From: Acaryochloris marina MBIC11017
GTDB lineage: Bacteria > Cyanobacteriota > Cyanobacteriia > Thermosynechococcales > Thermosynechococcaceae
Direction: 5' to 3'
Assembly: GCF_000018105.1 (NCBI RefSeq)
Contig: NC_009925.1
Coordinates: 4,170,001-4,202,000 of the forward strand
DNA length: 32,000 nt
A program made the position numbers and the translations under genes. The notes beneath the pieces are model-generated. The model was given only the letters and a program-made list of their open reading frames with translations. It had not been told where the DNA came from and made no database searches. How positions within the stretch are numbered: position 1 is the stretch's first letter; each line of letters begins with the position of its first letter. Shown here piece after piece: positions 18,472 to 27,340 of this stretch.

Positions 18472-19341
18472 TTAGGTTGCTTCGGTTGGAGATTTCTCCA
18501 AAATGGCCAGTGCGATTCCTCCCAGAATGGCACTGGACGCCACCACTAGGCGTAGGGTTAGATTTTCACCGAGAAAAAGTATTCCTCCTGCAGCAGCAAT
18601 GACGGGAACACTGAGTTGGACCGTCGCTGCAGACGTTGCCGTCAAATCTTTTAAGGCCGTGTACCAAATGGTATATCCCAGACCTGACGTGACGGCACCC
18701 GCTGCGACTGCATATAGACAGCCTGCCAAGGTTAACGACGTTTCGGAAATCATCGATAGACTCAGTCCCACAGTAAATGGGACTGCTCTTAAAAAGTTGC
18801 CAGCCGTCATTTCCATAGGGTTGCTAGCCGTTTTGCCGCGTAAAGAATAAATCCCCCAGGCAATGCCTGCAGCGATCATCAGGGCAGAACTTTGGAGCGG
18901 GGGAGCCGAAAGACCCGGTAATAGAAATCCTACTAGACCCAACAGCGCCAAAATGAAACCAGCAATTTGCTGCTTGCTTAAACGTTCTCCAGTCCAAAAT
19001 CCATATCCGATCATGGTGATCTGTACTGCCCCAAAAAGCAGTAACGCCCCCGTACCAGCAGCTAGCTTGATATAAGCAAACGAAAAGCCTGCTGCATAGA
19101 TAAAAAGTGCTAATGCAGAAGTCCAACTGCCTTCAACTTTAAGGCTTCTACCCTTTATTTGTGTGATCAATCCTAGGATAATCGCACCGGAGATGAGCCG
19201 AAGTGATGTAAAGGTTGCTGCATCAATGGGCGTTTCTCTAAGCGCTAACCGACACAGGATAGAATTTCCGGCAAAGGCAAGCATCGCTAGTAAAGTCAGG
19301 GTAAAAACCCGTGGATGAGACATCCCATCAGTCCTCAGCAA
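18472..19341 (-). CDS. DMT-superfamily (EamA-type) permease
   Basis: It has ten hydrophobic segments and EamA-like halves. The ORF opens with a TTG at 19341, and the ATG at 19323 (MSHPRVFTLTLL) is the likelier start. Confidence 0.85.
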   Translation of the reverse strand: MLRTDGMSHPRVFTLTLLAMLAFAGNSILCRLALRETPIDAATFTSLRLISGAIILGLITQIKGRSLKVEGSWTSALALFIYAAGFSFAYIKLAAGTGALLLFGAVQITMIGYGFWTGERLSKQQIAGFILALLGLVGFLLPGLSAPPLQSSALMIAAGIAWGIYSLRGKTASNPMEMTAGNFLRAVPFTVGLSLSMISETSLTLAGCLYAVAAGAVTSGLGYTIWYTALKDLTATSAATVQLSVPVIAAAGGILFLGENLTLRLVVASSAILGGIALAILEKSPTEAT

Positions 19342-19483
19342 CCAATTTTTGAAAACGCTACGTCATTCAATCTTATAGAAGCTTCTTCCTGGGGTTGATG
19401 GGTAACGAATTGAGATACTGCTGCGATAGATGCTAATCCTGGAAGCAAGTAGTGATGAGGAAGCGCTTGTCAAACTTTGTTAT

Positions 19484-20152
19484 TTACTGAATGACTCGAA
19501 AAGTGAGGTTAATTCTTGGATCAACTGTCCGTCTAGTTTTGGGCACATGATGTTGCCAGAAATGCTGTGTTGGACCTTGCATCAGCAGCAAGCTACCGTT
19601 AGTCAGATTGAGTTCTACCTTGGGTATTGATTTATTCCCTTTATGCCTTAGTAAAAAGCGACGGCAGCCTCCCAAACTTACTGAACCAATGACCGGATTA
19701 GGTCCCAATTCAGGCTCATCATCGCTATGCCAGCCCATACTGTCTTGACCATGACGGTAGAAATTCAACAACACACTATTGAATTCCACCTCAGCAACCG
19801 TCTCAATGGCTACCTTGATCTGGCGCAACGTCGGTGTCCAGGGTAATGGCTCCATGGAGATACCAGAATAACGATAGGTTTTACCTGGATCGCCATACCA
19901 GGCTGTTAACCTAGGCAAAAGGTGATGACGGCCAAAGATGGTTGCTGAGTCTTGTCGCCAAGCAATTTCTGCTTCAAGGGTCGCAAACAACTGCTCACAG
20001 TCTGCAGCGTTAAATAGGCAAGGGTAAAACAACACCTCTGCATCAGGCATTTGTAGCGGTTGGACCTGATGATCTGAGGTGAATAGAGAAAGCTGCTGGG
20101 TTGGGGGATGGGGGTTGTGCATTTCGTTCAGCACCCTAATCTCTGCATTCAT
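19484..20152 (-). CDS. alkB: AlkB-type Fe(II)/2-oxoglutarate DNA/RNA dioxygenase
   Basis: It carries GWHSDDE (HxD iron ligands), WQHHVPK and RINLTFR. I trimmed the listed ORF (to 20254) to the ATG at 20152 because the longer form overlaps the upstream lipoprotein gene, which ends at 20178. Confidence 0.85.
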   Translation of the reverse strand: MNAEIRVLNEMHNPHPPTQQLSLFTSDHQVQPLQMPDAEVLFYPCLFNAADCEQLFATLEAEIAWRQDSATIFGRHHLLPRLTAWYGDPGKTYRYSGISMEPLPWTPTLRQIKVAIETVAEVEFNSVLLNFYRHGQDSMGWHSDDEPELGPNPVIGSVSLGGCRRFLLRHKGNKSIPKVELNLTNGSLLLMQGPTQHFWQHHVPKTRRTVDPRINLTFRVIQ

Positions 20153-20177
20153 GATCTTAGGGTGCCTGAACTCGCGT

Positions 20178-20903
20178 TTACGATTTGGGAACGACGATCT
20201 TAAATTCGTACCCTTCGAATTTATTAATGCTGTTGGTGAATTGAGCCGTGGCAAAGTTAGGCCCTACCCAAGTCACAATTTTCTTTTCAATTTTCTCAGG
20301 CTCGACCTCACCATACTTTTCAGCAAAAGCTAAAGCAACTTTTTGATAGGGATGGTCTTTTTTGATAGACGGGTCAAACAGTAGTGAAACACTGTATAAA
20401 GTGCGCTTTCCTTCAGGATCTTTTTTGTCTTTGAGAAAGCTGAATTTATACTTATCAACACCTGGGACACCCTTGGCTGGGACTTCGCTAAACCCAAACT
20501 TAGAAATCTTTTCTGCTCCAGGTAGGATCTTGCCCACTTCTTCAGGACTCATCCCTCGCTTGAAATCATATTCTGAGAGGGTTTTGGGGAGCCATCCATC
20601 ATCTTCAGTGCCAATGATAGCCGCCAGGTCAACTTTCCCTGAACTTGCGGAAGAGGCTAGGGTTTCGGTACCAGAATTGGAGTTGTCGGCAGTTTCATCC
20701 GTCGTAGAGCTGGGATCTGCAACTGAGCGGTCTAGGGAGTCTGTGGACGCGTCTGAGGCAGATGATTCAGCAGGGGTAGATGCTGGTGATTCAGTGTCTG
20801 AAGAGGTTTCTGTACTGCTGCAGCTCATTAATAACCCCAGACTAAGGGGAAGTAAGGCTAAAGCAATCGATTTTCGTTTAGGAGTCTGAGTTAAGCGATG
20901 CAT
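20178..20903 (-). CDS. Lipoprotein of unknown function
   Basis: It has a signal peptide and lipobox (ALALLPLSLGLLMSC). A ~70-aa Ser/Thr/Asp/Ala-rich linker follows, then a globular C-terminal domain. Confidence 0.7.
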   Translation of the reverse strand: MHRLTQTPKRKSIALALLPLSLGLLMSCSSTETSSDTESPASTPAESSASDASTDSLDRSVADPSSTTDETADNSNSGTETLASSASSGKVDLAAIIGTEDDGWLPKTLSEYDFKRGMSPEEVGKILPGAEKISKFGFSEVPAKGVPGVDKYKFSFLKDKKDPEGKRTLYSVSLLFDPSIKKDHPYQKVALAFAEKYGEVEPEKIEKKIVTWVGPNFATAQFTNSINKFEGYEFKIVVPKS

Positions 20904-21051
20904 GATGTACCGTTCAATCCTACGGTTCTAATTCTGGCAATCTTGAGTCAATTTGCCAAATCAAGACGAGTAGTTTACCGATGGCTAAATAGGCTGGTAT
21001 TCTCATACCTAATAGGACTGCCCTTTGCGAATTCTAGAAGGTAGACAACAT

Positions 21052-21330
21052 ATGGATAGCACTGCTATTTCCGTGGTTGAGTGGGTGATTAATCTGGTGC
21101 GAGCTTATGCGATCGCAGGTTTGATCTTCGCGCTTCTGTTCGTTACCTTTTTGGTCAAGCGGGTTGATTCAGGTGCTCAAGGTTGGGCCATTGGCTTCCG
21201 AATTCTGATTATTCCGGGGGTGGTTGCATTTTGGCCAATGTTCGCGGTGCGCCTGTTGCGCGGCAAAGGCCATCCCACCGAAAAGAACGCCCATCGCCTA
21301 GCTGCCAAGCAAAGTGCAGGAGCCTCATAA
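21052..21330 (+). CDS. Small two-TM membrane protein (92 aa)
   Basis: The ATG at 21052 is preceded by GAAGGTAG. There are two hydrophobic helices (AIAGLIFALLFVTFLV and FRILIIPGVVAFWPMFAV). Its stop overlaps the next start (TAATG). Confidence 0.6.
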   Translation: MDSTAISVVEWVINLVRAYAIAGLIFALLFVTFLVKRVDSGAQGWAIGFRILIIPGVVAFWPMFAVRLLRGKGHPTEKNAHRLAAKQSAGAS

Positions 21331-21848
21331 TGGTCATTTCTCGCCGGCAGGTTCACCTCTATTCCTTTGTGATTCTGGCGATTGTGCTGCCCCTCTGTTT
21401 TGTTGCAGGTTTAGTCTGGCGACCCACCTTTGCTCCAGTGGACGCCTCAGCGGATGCCTTATTTCAACGAGCAGGATTTGCCCCCTACTCCAGTTGGGAG
21501 AATCAGGAGTCGAAACGCAAACCCACGCTTCTCCAGCAAGAGAACATTCAACTCCAGATTGAAACCTTGTTTGCTCAAGCTAGCAACGATGTCTTTCTCA
21601 AGATTCAGCCCCAGTCAGATCTGCAGCTACCGGATGTGTTGGTGTATTGGCAACCCGGAACGCCACCGGAACAGTTGAGTGAGACTTCGATCTTATTAGG
21701 GGCGTTGTCGGGTGTATCGAATCGCCAATTCCTGATTCCAGAAGCCATGCAGGGGCAACCAGGGCACCTACTTCTATTCAGTCAGGCCACTAAAGAAATC
21801 ATCTCTGCGTTTCCCCTAGATCCTGATTTGACCCAACCTGAACGCTAA
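21330..21848 (+). CDS. Membrane-anchored hypothetical protein (172 aa)
   Basis: The ATG at 21330 overlaps the upstream stop. An N-terminal TM anchor (LYSFVILAIVLPLCFVAGLVW) is followed by a soluble domain. The longer listed ORF (from 21183) overlaps the previous gene in another frame. Confidence 0.6.
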   Translation: MVISRRQVHLYSFVILAIVLPLCFVAGLVWRPTFAPVDASADALFQRAGFAPYSSWENQESKRKPTLLQQENIQLQIETLFAQASNDVFLKIQPQSDLQLPDVLVYWQPGTPPEQLSETSILLGALSGVSNRQFLIPEAMQGQPGHLLLFSQATKEIISAFPLDPDLTQPER

Positions 21849-21871
21849 TCCATTCTGAGAGGAAGTTATCC

Positions 21872-22933
21872 GTGGGCGTTGCATATAAAGCGGTTCAGTG
21901 GAATCGGCAGAAGTTTGTTTACGACATTATTTTGCTGACCACGGTCGTTTTCTATCTCTTTTTCTTTGAGGGGATTAGCCTTCACTTTAGTAGTGATCTA
22001 GATATTAAAGGGATTTGGATTCGGGCCTTTGGCTCTGCTGCCTTTATCCTCCTCCATGTCATTCTGTCCATTGGCCCCCTCAGCCGCCTTAGCCCCAAGT
22101 TTTTGCCCCTCCTCTACAATCGGCGGCATATGGGCGTCACCATGTTTATTCTGGCTCTACTCCATGCTCGAGATGCTTTGGCCTGGTATCACGACTTTGG
22201 CAACCTAGAACCTATTGTCAGCCTGTTTGTCAGCAATACTCACTATGCTGATTTTATTCGTTTCCCCTTTGAAGCCCTGGGGGGTGTGGCCCTTGTTATC
22301 TTGTTTTTGATGGCGGCGACGAGCCATGATTTTTGGCTCACTAACCTGACCGCGCCTGTGTGGAAAGCCCTGCATATGGGAGTCTACTTAGCCTATGGCT
22401 TATTAGTGGGGCATGTGGTGTTAGGGGCCTTAGAAACCAATACCCATCCCTTGCTCACCTTGGCCGTTGGCGTTGGCTTTGTGTGGATTGTGGGGATTCA
22501 CCTGATCACTGCTCTGCGAGAAGCACAAAAAGATGGCGCACCGCTGTTTGGACCCCCGGCCCAGCCCCAAGTGGATGCGGATGGCTTTATCCATGTGGGC
22601 AGTGTGCAAGATATTCCTGAGAATCGCGCCAAAATTGCGGTCGTTGCTGGGGAGCGGGTGGCCATCTTTAAATATGAAGGCAAAATCTCGGCTATTTCCA
22701 ATGTGTGCCAGCATCAAAATGGCCCGTTAGGAGAAGGTAAGATTGTCGATGGCTGTATCACATGTCCTTGGCATGGATATCAATATTTGCCAGAGAGCGG
22801 GATTTCTCCACCACCCTTTACGGAAAAAATCCCTACGTTTAATGTCAAACTCCAGGGCGATCAGATTCTAGTCAGCGCTAAGCCTAATCTTCCTGGAACC
22901 CCTGTTGTCCCTGCTGTTATTGGCCAAGTGTAG
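21872..22933 (+). CDS. Fusion protein: ferric-reductase-like 6-TM di-heme domain + C-terminal Rieske [2Fe-2S] domain
   Basis: 353 aa with a GTG start. There are six hydrophobic helices. His pairs lie within helices 3 and 5 (HMGVTMFILALLH and HMGVYLAYGLLVGH, 12-13 residues apart), as in FRD/NOX/MsrQ-type cytochromes b. The C-terminus carries a canonical Rieske motif, CQH-x16-CPWH. Confidence 0.85.
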   Translation: MGVAYKAVQWNRQKFVYDIILLTTVVFYLFFFEGISLHFSSDLDIKGIWIRAFGSAAFILLHVILSIGPLSRLSPKFLPLLYNRRHMGVTMFILALLHARDALAWYHDFGNLEPIVSLFVSNTHYADFIRFPFEALGGVALVILFLMAATSHDFWLTNLTAPVWKALHMGVYLAYGLLVGHVVLGALETNTHPLLTLAVGVGFVWIVGIHLITALREAQKDGAPLFGPPAQPQVDADGFIHVGSVQDIPENRAKIAVVAGERVAIFKYEGKISAISNVCQHQNGPLGEGKIVDGCITCPWHGYQYLPESGISPPPFTEKIPTFNVKLQGDQILVSAKPNLPGTPVVPAVIGQV

Positions 22934-22935
22934 CG

Positions 22936-23700
22936 ATGAGTCGCCTCGATTCCCACGATGAATTTTTTATTGGCTATCTAGGGGTGCCGCCCCAATTAAA
23001 ACGATTTTTGCTGGGGTTGATTCCCGTCCTAGTGTTAGGTGCATTAGCCTTTGCCTTTATTCTGCCCCCCTTACATTTTGATCACTTCAATTTGGGTAAA
23101 CGGACCAAAGTCCCTGAATTTGAAGGACTGCTGGTCGGGGAACCCTCTCCCCACCTCTTGGTGCCCAGAACGGGAGGCGTGGGTACTGTGAGTGATTTTT
23201 CCCTCTATCTCCTATCAGGAACAGGCAAAACCTCCCCTAAGCCCAAGGTGCTGGAGCATGTGGATAAATGGGTGAAACTGAAAGGCACCCCTTTCCACCG
23301 CAATCACTTAACAGTGATTGCCACCAAATCAGCGGAACCAATCGACCGTCCGACCTCGAGACCGACCCAACCTGCGGAAGGTAGCTCTCTTGGCGAGTTT
23401 TCCCTAAAAGGAGAAATTGTAGATGGCAAATGCTACCCCGGTGTGATGAAACCTGGACGGACAAAAACCCATCGCTCTTGTGCTATCCGCTGCATCGCCG
23501 GGGGAGTACCTCCCGTGTTTGTGGTCCATAATTCGGCGGGGGATAAACTCTATTTTTTGCTGTCGGATCTGGATGGAAAAGCAGTTAATGACAAGGTTTT
23601 AGACAGGGTGGCCGATCCTGTACAAATTACGGGAGAAGTGGTTCAATATGCGGATGCTTTTGTTCTGAAAGCGGATCCAGCCACCTATCAACTGTTGTAG
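22936..23700 (+). CDS. Membrane-anchored protein of unknown function with a C-x17-C-x3-C motif
   Basis: 254 aa, starting 2 nt after the upstream stop. It has one N-terminal TM helix (FLLGLIPVLVLGALAFAFILPP). The soluble domain contains GKCYPGVMKPGRTKTHRSCAIRCIAGGVPPVF. Confidence 0.7.
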   Translation: MSRLDSHDEFFIGYLGVPPQLKRFLLGLIPVLVLGALAFAFILPPLHFDHFNLGKRTKVPEFEGLLVGEPSPHLLVPRTGGVGTVSDFSLYLLSGTGKTSPKPKVLEHVDKWVKLKGTPFHRNHLTVIATKSAEPIDRPTSRPTQPAEGSSLGEFSLKGEIVDGKCYPGVMKPGRTKTHRSCAIRCIAGGVPPVFVVHNSAGDKLYFLLSDLDGKAVNDKVLDRVADPVQITGEVVQYADAFVLKADPATYQLL

Positions 23701-24690
23701 ATGCCCTCACTGTCCTTCTCGGCGATTAATCCCAAACTTGCGTTAGTGATCTCCAGAGCCTTGGCGGCATTGCGGCCTTCTCTGATTGCTTTTTTGGTTG
23801 CCAATGCCATGTTGCTGAGTGGCGGCACCCAAACGCCCATCTCCTTTTGTAATGTCTTATTTGTGGGCAATTTATGCGCAGCCTTAGCTGTGGGAACCTG
23901 GTTTGGCTGGCGCTCTTTGATCCAAGATTGGCGGAGCCTGGATCGACGCATTCAGGTGGGGCTGTTTTTGAACGGCGGTTTAGCTGCCCTCCTTTCTTCT
24001 TTGATTTTTGTGGGATTGGCCTATACGTCCGTGACGAATGCGGTTTTGTTGGGACGTCTTGGCCCTGTCATCTATGCATTGGTTGGCACCCTGATTTTAG
24101 GCCGCAAAATCAAGCGATTTGAATGGATTGGGTTTTCCTTGATTATTGCGGGGGTATTGGCGATTGTGCTGAAGACCAGCAACTTTGAGATTAATCAGGG
24201 CGATCTATTCATTCTGCTGTCGGCCTTGGTCTATGCGGCCAGCTCCACCTTGGGGAAGCTGATGCTGTCTCAGCAGACGAATCTGCGCATTGTGGTGTTT
24301 AGCCGTAATCTTATTTCGGCCATCATCTTCTTTGTTATTGCTAATTTGGTGTTTGGCCCAGAGCATTTTATGGATGTGCTGGCAGGGCAACTGTGGATAG
24401 TGATGGTGGTCTATGCCCTAATCATTATTGTCTTGGCCCAATTTCTTTGGTATTCAGCCCTGGAGCAATTGAATTCGCAAACGGTAGGTAAATGGACGGC
24501 GTTGTCTCCAGTATTTGGGGTGACCTATGCCTTTGTGCTGAATGGTGAGCGGCCTTCCCTGGCTCAAGTTTTAGCGTTTCTGGTGATTATGGCAGGGATT
24601 TGTATAACGAGCTTTAATCGGCAGTCTTCTCGACCGATGGAAACTAACGAGATGGCCGATGGGGCTGAAAGCTGTATGTCTACGTCTTAG
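23701..24690 (+). CDS. DMT-superfamily (EamA-type) permease
   Basis: 329 aa. The ATG immediately follows the upstream TAG. It is a ten-helix hydrophobic protein with two EamA-like halves. Confidence 0.85.
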   Translation: MPSLSFSAINPKLALVISRALAALRPSLIAFLVANAMLLSGGTQTPISFCNVLFVGNLCAALAVGTWFGWRSLIQDWRSLDRRIQVGLFLNGGLAALLSSLIFVGLAYTSVTNAVLLGRLGPVIYALVGTLILGRKIKRFEWIGFSLIIAGVLAIVLKTSNFEINQGDLFILLSALVYAASSTLGKLMLSQQTNLRIVVFSRNLISAIIFFVIANLVFGPEHFMDVLAGQLWIVMVVYALIIIVLAQFLWYSALEQLNSQTVGKWTALSPVFGVTYAFVLNGERPSLAQVLAFLVIMAGICITSFNRQSSRPMETNEMADGAESCMSTS

Positions 24691-24726
24691 CCTAAGGCTA
24701 TCCCAACCGAGAGATCGCCCCAGGGC

Positions 24727-26112
24727 TTAGGGCTGCTGCAGTCGAGCGATTTGCATAGGGTAGCTATCTTTGATCTTCTTCAACGGAAATTGCACAAAGG
24801 GGGCTGTACCTTGCACCTGCCATTCAAACTGGCGAAGCAGATGGCTGCCGAAAATTTTGGCGATGGTCATGGCTAACTGCGCACCTAAACAAGCATGAAC
24901 CCCACCACCAAAGGGAATGTAAGCATATTTATCTCGGGCGTTGGCATTCTCCAGAAATCGATTGGGCTGGAAGGCATCTGGTTGAGGGAAATGCTCGGGC
25001 AGGATATGGGCAATGCGGGGCTCTGCAATTAAAGTCCATCCTTTCTCATAGAGCACACCGTCTAACACCACAGATTGAGTCAGGCGGCGGTTCGCGGTGG
25101 AGGAGGGAGGAAGAGTACGGAGGGTTTCTTGAAGGGTGGCGTCTAGAAAAGAGGTCGTTTTAAGTTGCTCGCTTGTAAGGGGCTGTGCTGATTGCGCTTG
25201 TATCGTGGCTTGTTCCCCACGGAGGTGGGCAAAATGCTCAGGATGACGACCTAGTTGGTATATCCAGGATGAGACCAATCCACTGATTTCATAGTGGGAA
25301 GCCCACAACTGCAATAAACATTGATTCTCGATCAAGGTGTTGCTAAAGACGCTCTCTGGATCTGTTTGTTGACTCACCAACATCATGGACAAGAAGTCGG
25401 CAGTGGGATCTAGATTAATCTCCGATTGGCGTCGATGGATAACAGCCTGCATAAATTTGATCAGGCGGGCACGGGCTTGTAGACCGCGGCCAAAGGTCGT
25501 GAAGGAGGAACGCCAGGGCAAGAGGCCGTAAAAACCATCAAAAAAGGTTTTGTAGACTTGTTTGAGTCCCGCTTTGGATGGAATGGGTAGCCCCTGAAAG
25601 CACCCATCGTCTAACTCAACGCCCAGCAAGAGGGGAACCAAGACATCAAAGCAGATCTGCTCTACGGCTGGGAATAAGGCAATTTCACCTTGGGCAGGCC
25701 ATGTTTGAAGACGTTGAATAATCACGTCATTGATTTTGGGTATATAGCCCTGGATGGCTTGTCCAGCTAAGCCCGCCCGGAGCGCACTCTTCCGTTGTCG
25801 ATGCAGGTCGGGGCGCTGAAACAGACTATATTCCCCAAACATGGTCATGGTGGTTTGGGGCAGGCCAATTTCGGTATAGCGGAGGTCACCATTGAGGGCC
25901 ATTTGCACTGCCCGTGATGAGCCGACAAAAATAGTGGTGCCTCCAAACACGCTCGTCCTAAAAATAGGACCGTGCTCTTTCAGGTTGTGGCGACAAAACT
26001 GATCGGGGTTAGTAATGTAAGCTAAGGTATCCGTCCACTTCGGTTGACGAGGAGGAAGCTGGGTTCCAGTTGGGGGAGCTTGCTCGGTCTCTAGCACCAA
26101 CACGTCACTCAT
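24727..26112 (-). CDS. Cytochrome P450 (cyanobacterial CYP120-like)
   Basis: 461 aa. It has the heme-thiolate loop FGGGVHACLGAQLA, the K-helix ETLR, and a PERF-like PNRF. Confidence 0.9.
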   Translation of the reverse strand: MSDVLVLETEQAPPTGTQLPPRQPKWTDTLAYITNPDQFCRHNLKEHGPIFRTSVFGGTTIFVGSSRAVQMALNGDLRYTEIGLPQTTMTMFGEYSLFQRPDLHRQRKSALRAGLAGQAIQGYIPKINDVIIQRLQTWPAQGEIALFPAVEQICFDVLVPLLLGVELDDGCFQGLPIPSKAGLKQVYKTFFDGFYGLLPWRSSFTTFGRGLQARARLIKFMQAVIHRRQSEINLDPTADFLSMMLVSQQTDPESVFSNTLIENQCLLQLWASHYEISGLVSSWIYQLGRHPEHFAHLRGEQATIQAQSAQPLTSEQLKTTSFLDATLQETLRTLPPSSTANRRLTQSVVLDGVLYEKGWTLIAEPRIAHILPEHFPQPDAFQPNRFLENANARDKYAYIPFGGGVHACLGAQLAMTIAKIFGSHLLRQFEWQVQGTAPFVQFPLKKIKDSYPMQIARLQQP

Positions 26113-26339
26113 TTGTCACATCCTCAGACATCATCACTAATCCACCTATTTATTGTGACGGTTTATTTGACGGTAGGAGACAGCCGTGACAATTAAGGTC
26201 CAGTCTTCGATTCAGAGGGTGAGGTTAGGGAAGCAGTTGAAGTATGCCGATCATTACGGTGTAATACTGTGGATATTAACCATACTGGACTGATCAACCT
26301 CAATGCATAACATTAGTCGTTTCCTGTCAATGACTGCCA

Positions 26340-26852
26340 GTGGGTACTAACGCTGTTTACTTAGCGATTGACGATTCCGATTTAGATGCCCTTTGGAAAC
26401 TTGAAGGCAGGCCGTTTCGCGATCGATTTATGGAGATCGAAGAAGAAGGCTGCTTGGAGACTCTCAACATAGGAAAGATTTGGGATGCCCTTCACTGTAC
26501 CTTGACAGGAGTGTCTGCCAGAACTCCCATTGATGGCAATAAACTAAGTGAGGCAATTGTTGGTGTGTATCCAAAGGTTTTCGATGATGAAGACTATTCG
26601 ATATATGTTTCCGCAATTGATAACGGAGAACTCGAAGACATCGTGATTGCACTCAAAACCTTCGATAGCCCGAAGTTAGCCTTGGCACTTGATCTAACGA
26701 ATCTGAAAAAGCAAAAGGTCTATCCATACGGAATCTGGCTTGATGAGGTGGAGGGCTATGTGCATGAAATGCACATAGCCCTCCAATCTATATGTGATTT
26801 TTTCCTTACAGCGAAGAAGAGTGGCAAACATATTCTTGCAACAGTGTTATAA
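26340..26852 (+). CDS. DUF1877 (YfbM-like) family protein
   Basis: 170 aa with a GTG start. The pattern LNIGKIWDALHCTLTG followed by ...DEDYSIYVSA resembles DUF1877 proteins as I remember them. Confidence 0.6.
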   Translation: MGTNAVYLAIDDSDLDALWKLEGRPFRDRFMEIEEEGCLETLNIGKIWDALHCTLTGVSARTPIDGNKLSEAIVGVYPKVFDDEDYSIYVSAIDNGELEDIVIALKTFDSPKLALALDLTNLKKQKVYPYGIWLDEVEGYVHEMHIALQSICDFFLTAKKSGKHILATVL

Positions 26853-27223
26853 GTCTGATTCATCAATGAAACTGACAACAAATCGTTGCATACTACGCGT
26901 CATCTTGAAATCAGCGTTCTTGACCACGGTTCAATGAATAAGAGTGTTTGTTGTCCAATTCTTACCTTTTGATTTCGGCTCACCCAAAGAGGCCAAAACC
27001 CCTTTTCTCTACTCCACAGCTCAGAAACATCGGTGGGTCAATCAGGCTAATCACCCAATTCTTCTTCCCCATTAACTGTTGGGTAGGGATTTAGGAGTCA
27101 TCCGATCAGCAACCCATCACTCATCCAAGCCTTTGATCCAAATTAGGATTTGAACATCATGGCTGGTCGTTTTCTACCCCAAGCGATCGCGCTTTACATA
27201 ATCAAAACGGATATTGTCTTTAT

Positions 27224-27250
27224 TGATTCATAAGTTTTTCTTTTGAATCA
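27224..27250. promoter_or_regulatory. Inverted repeat TGATTCA-N13-TGAATCA upstream of sbtA
   Basis: This is a perfect 7-bp dyad (27224-27230 / 27244-27250) in the AT-rich 700-bp sbtA upstream region, about 300 nt before the start codon. Confidence 0.3.
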
Positions 27251-27340
27251 GATTTGATATTACTTCGTTCATTCGAGGGAAAAACCGAGTAATAACGCAT
27301 TTTTTAGAATAGACTTAAGTATATAAAGATTTATTTCTTA

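Noticed and set aside
20153-20254. The N-terminal extension of the alkB ORF (MPRLNSPTALINSK...)
   Set aside because: It overlaps the 3' end of the upstream lipoprotein gene in another frame and adds a non-conserved-looking basic segment. The ATG at 20152 gives a standard AlkB N-terminus. In the same way, I rejected the 21183-21329 extension of the 21330 gene, which overlaps the preceding gene.
27146-27155. GGATTTGAAC, which resembles the reverse complement of a tRNA T-arm, as a possible tRNA or tRNA-derived att site
   Set aside because: The flanking bases do not form a T-stem, acceptor stem or anticodon arm. No cloverleaf can be drawn.
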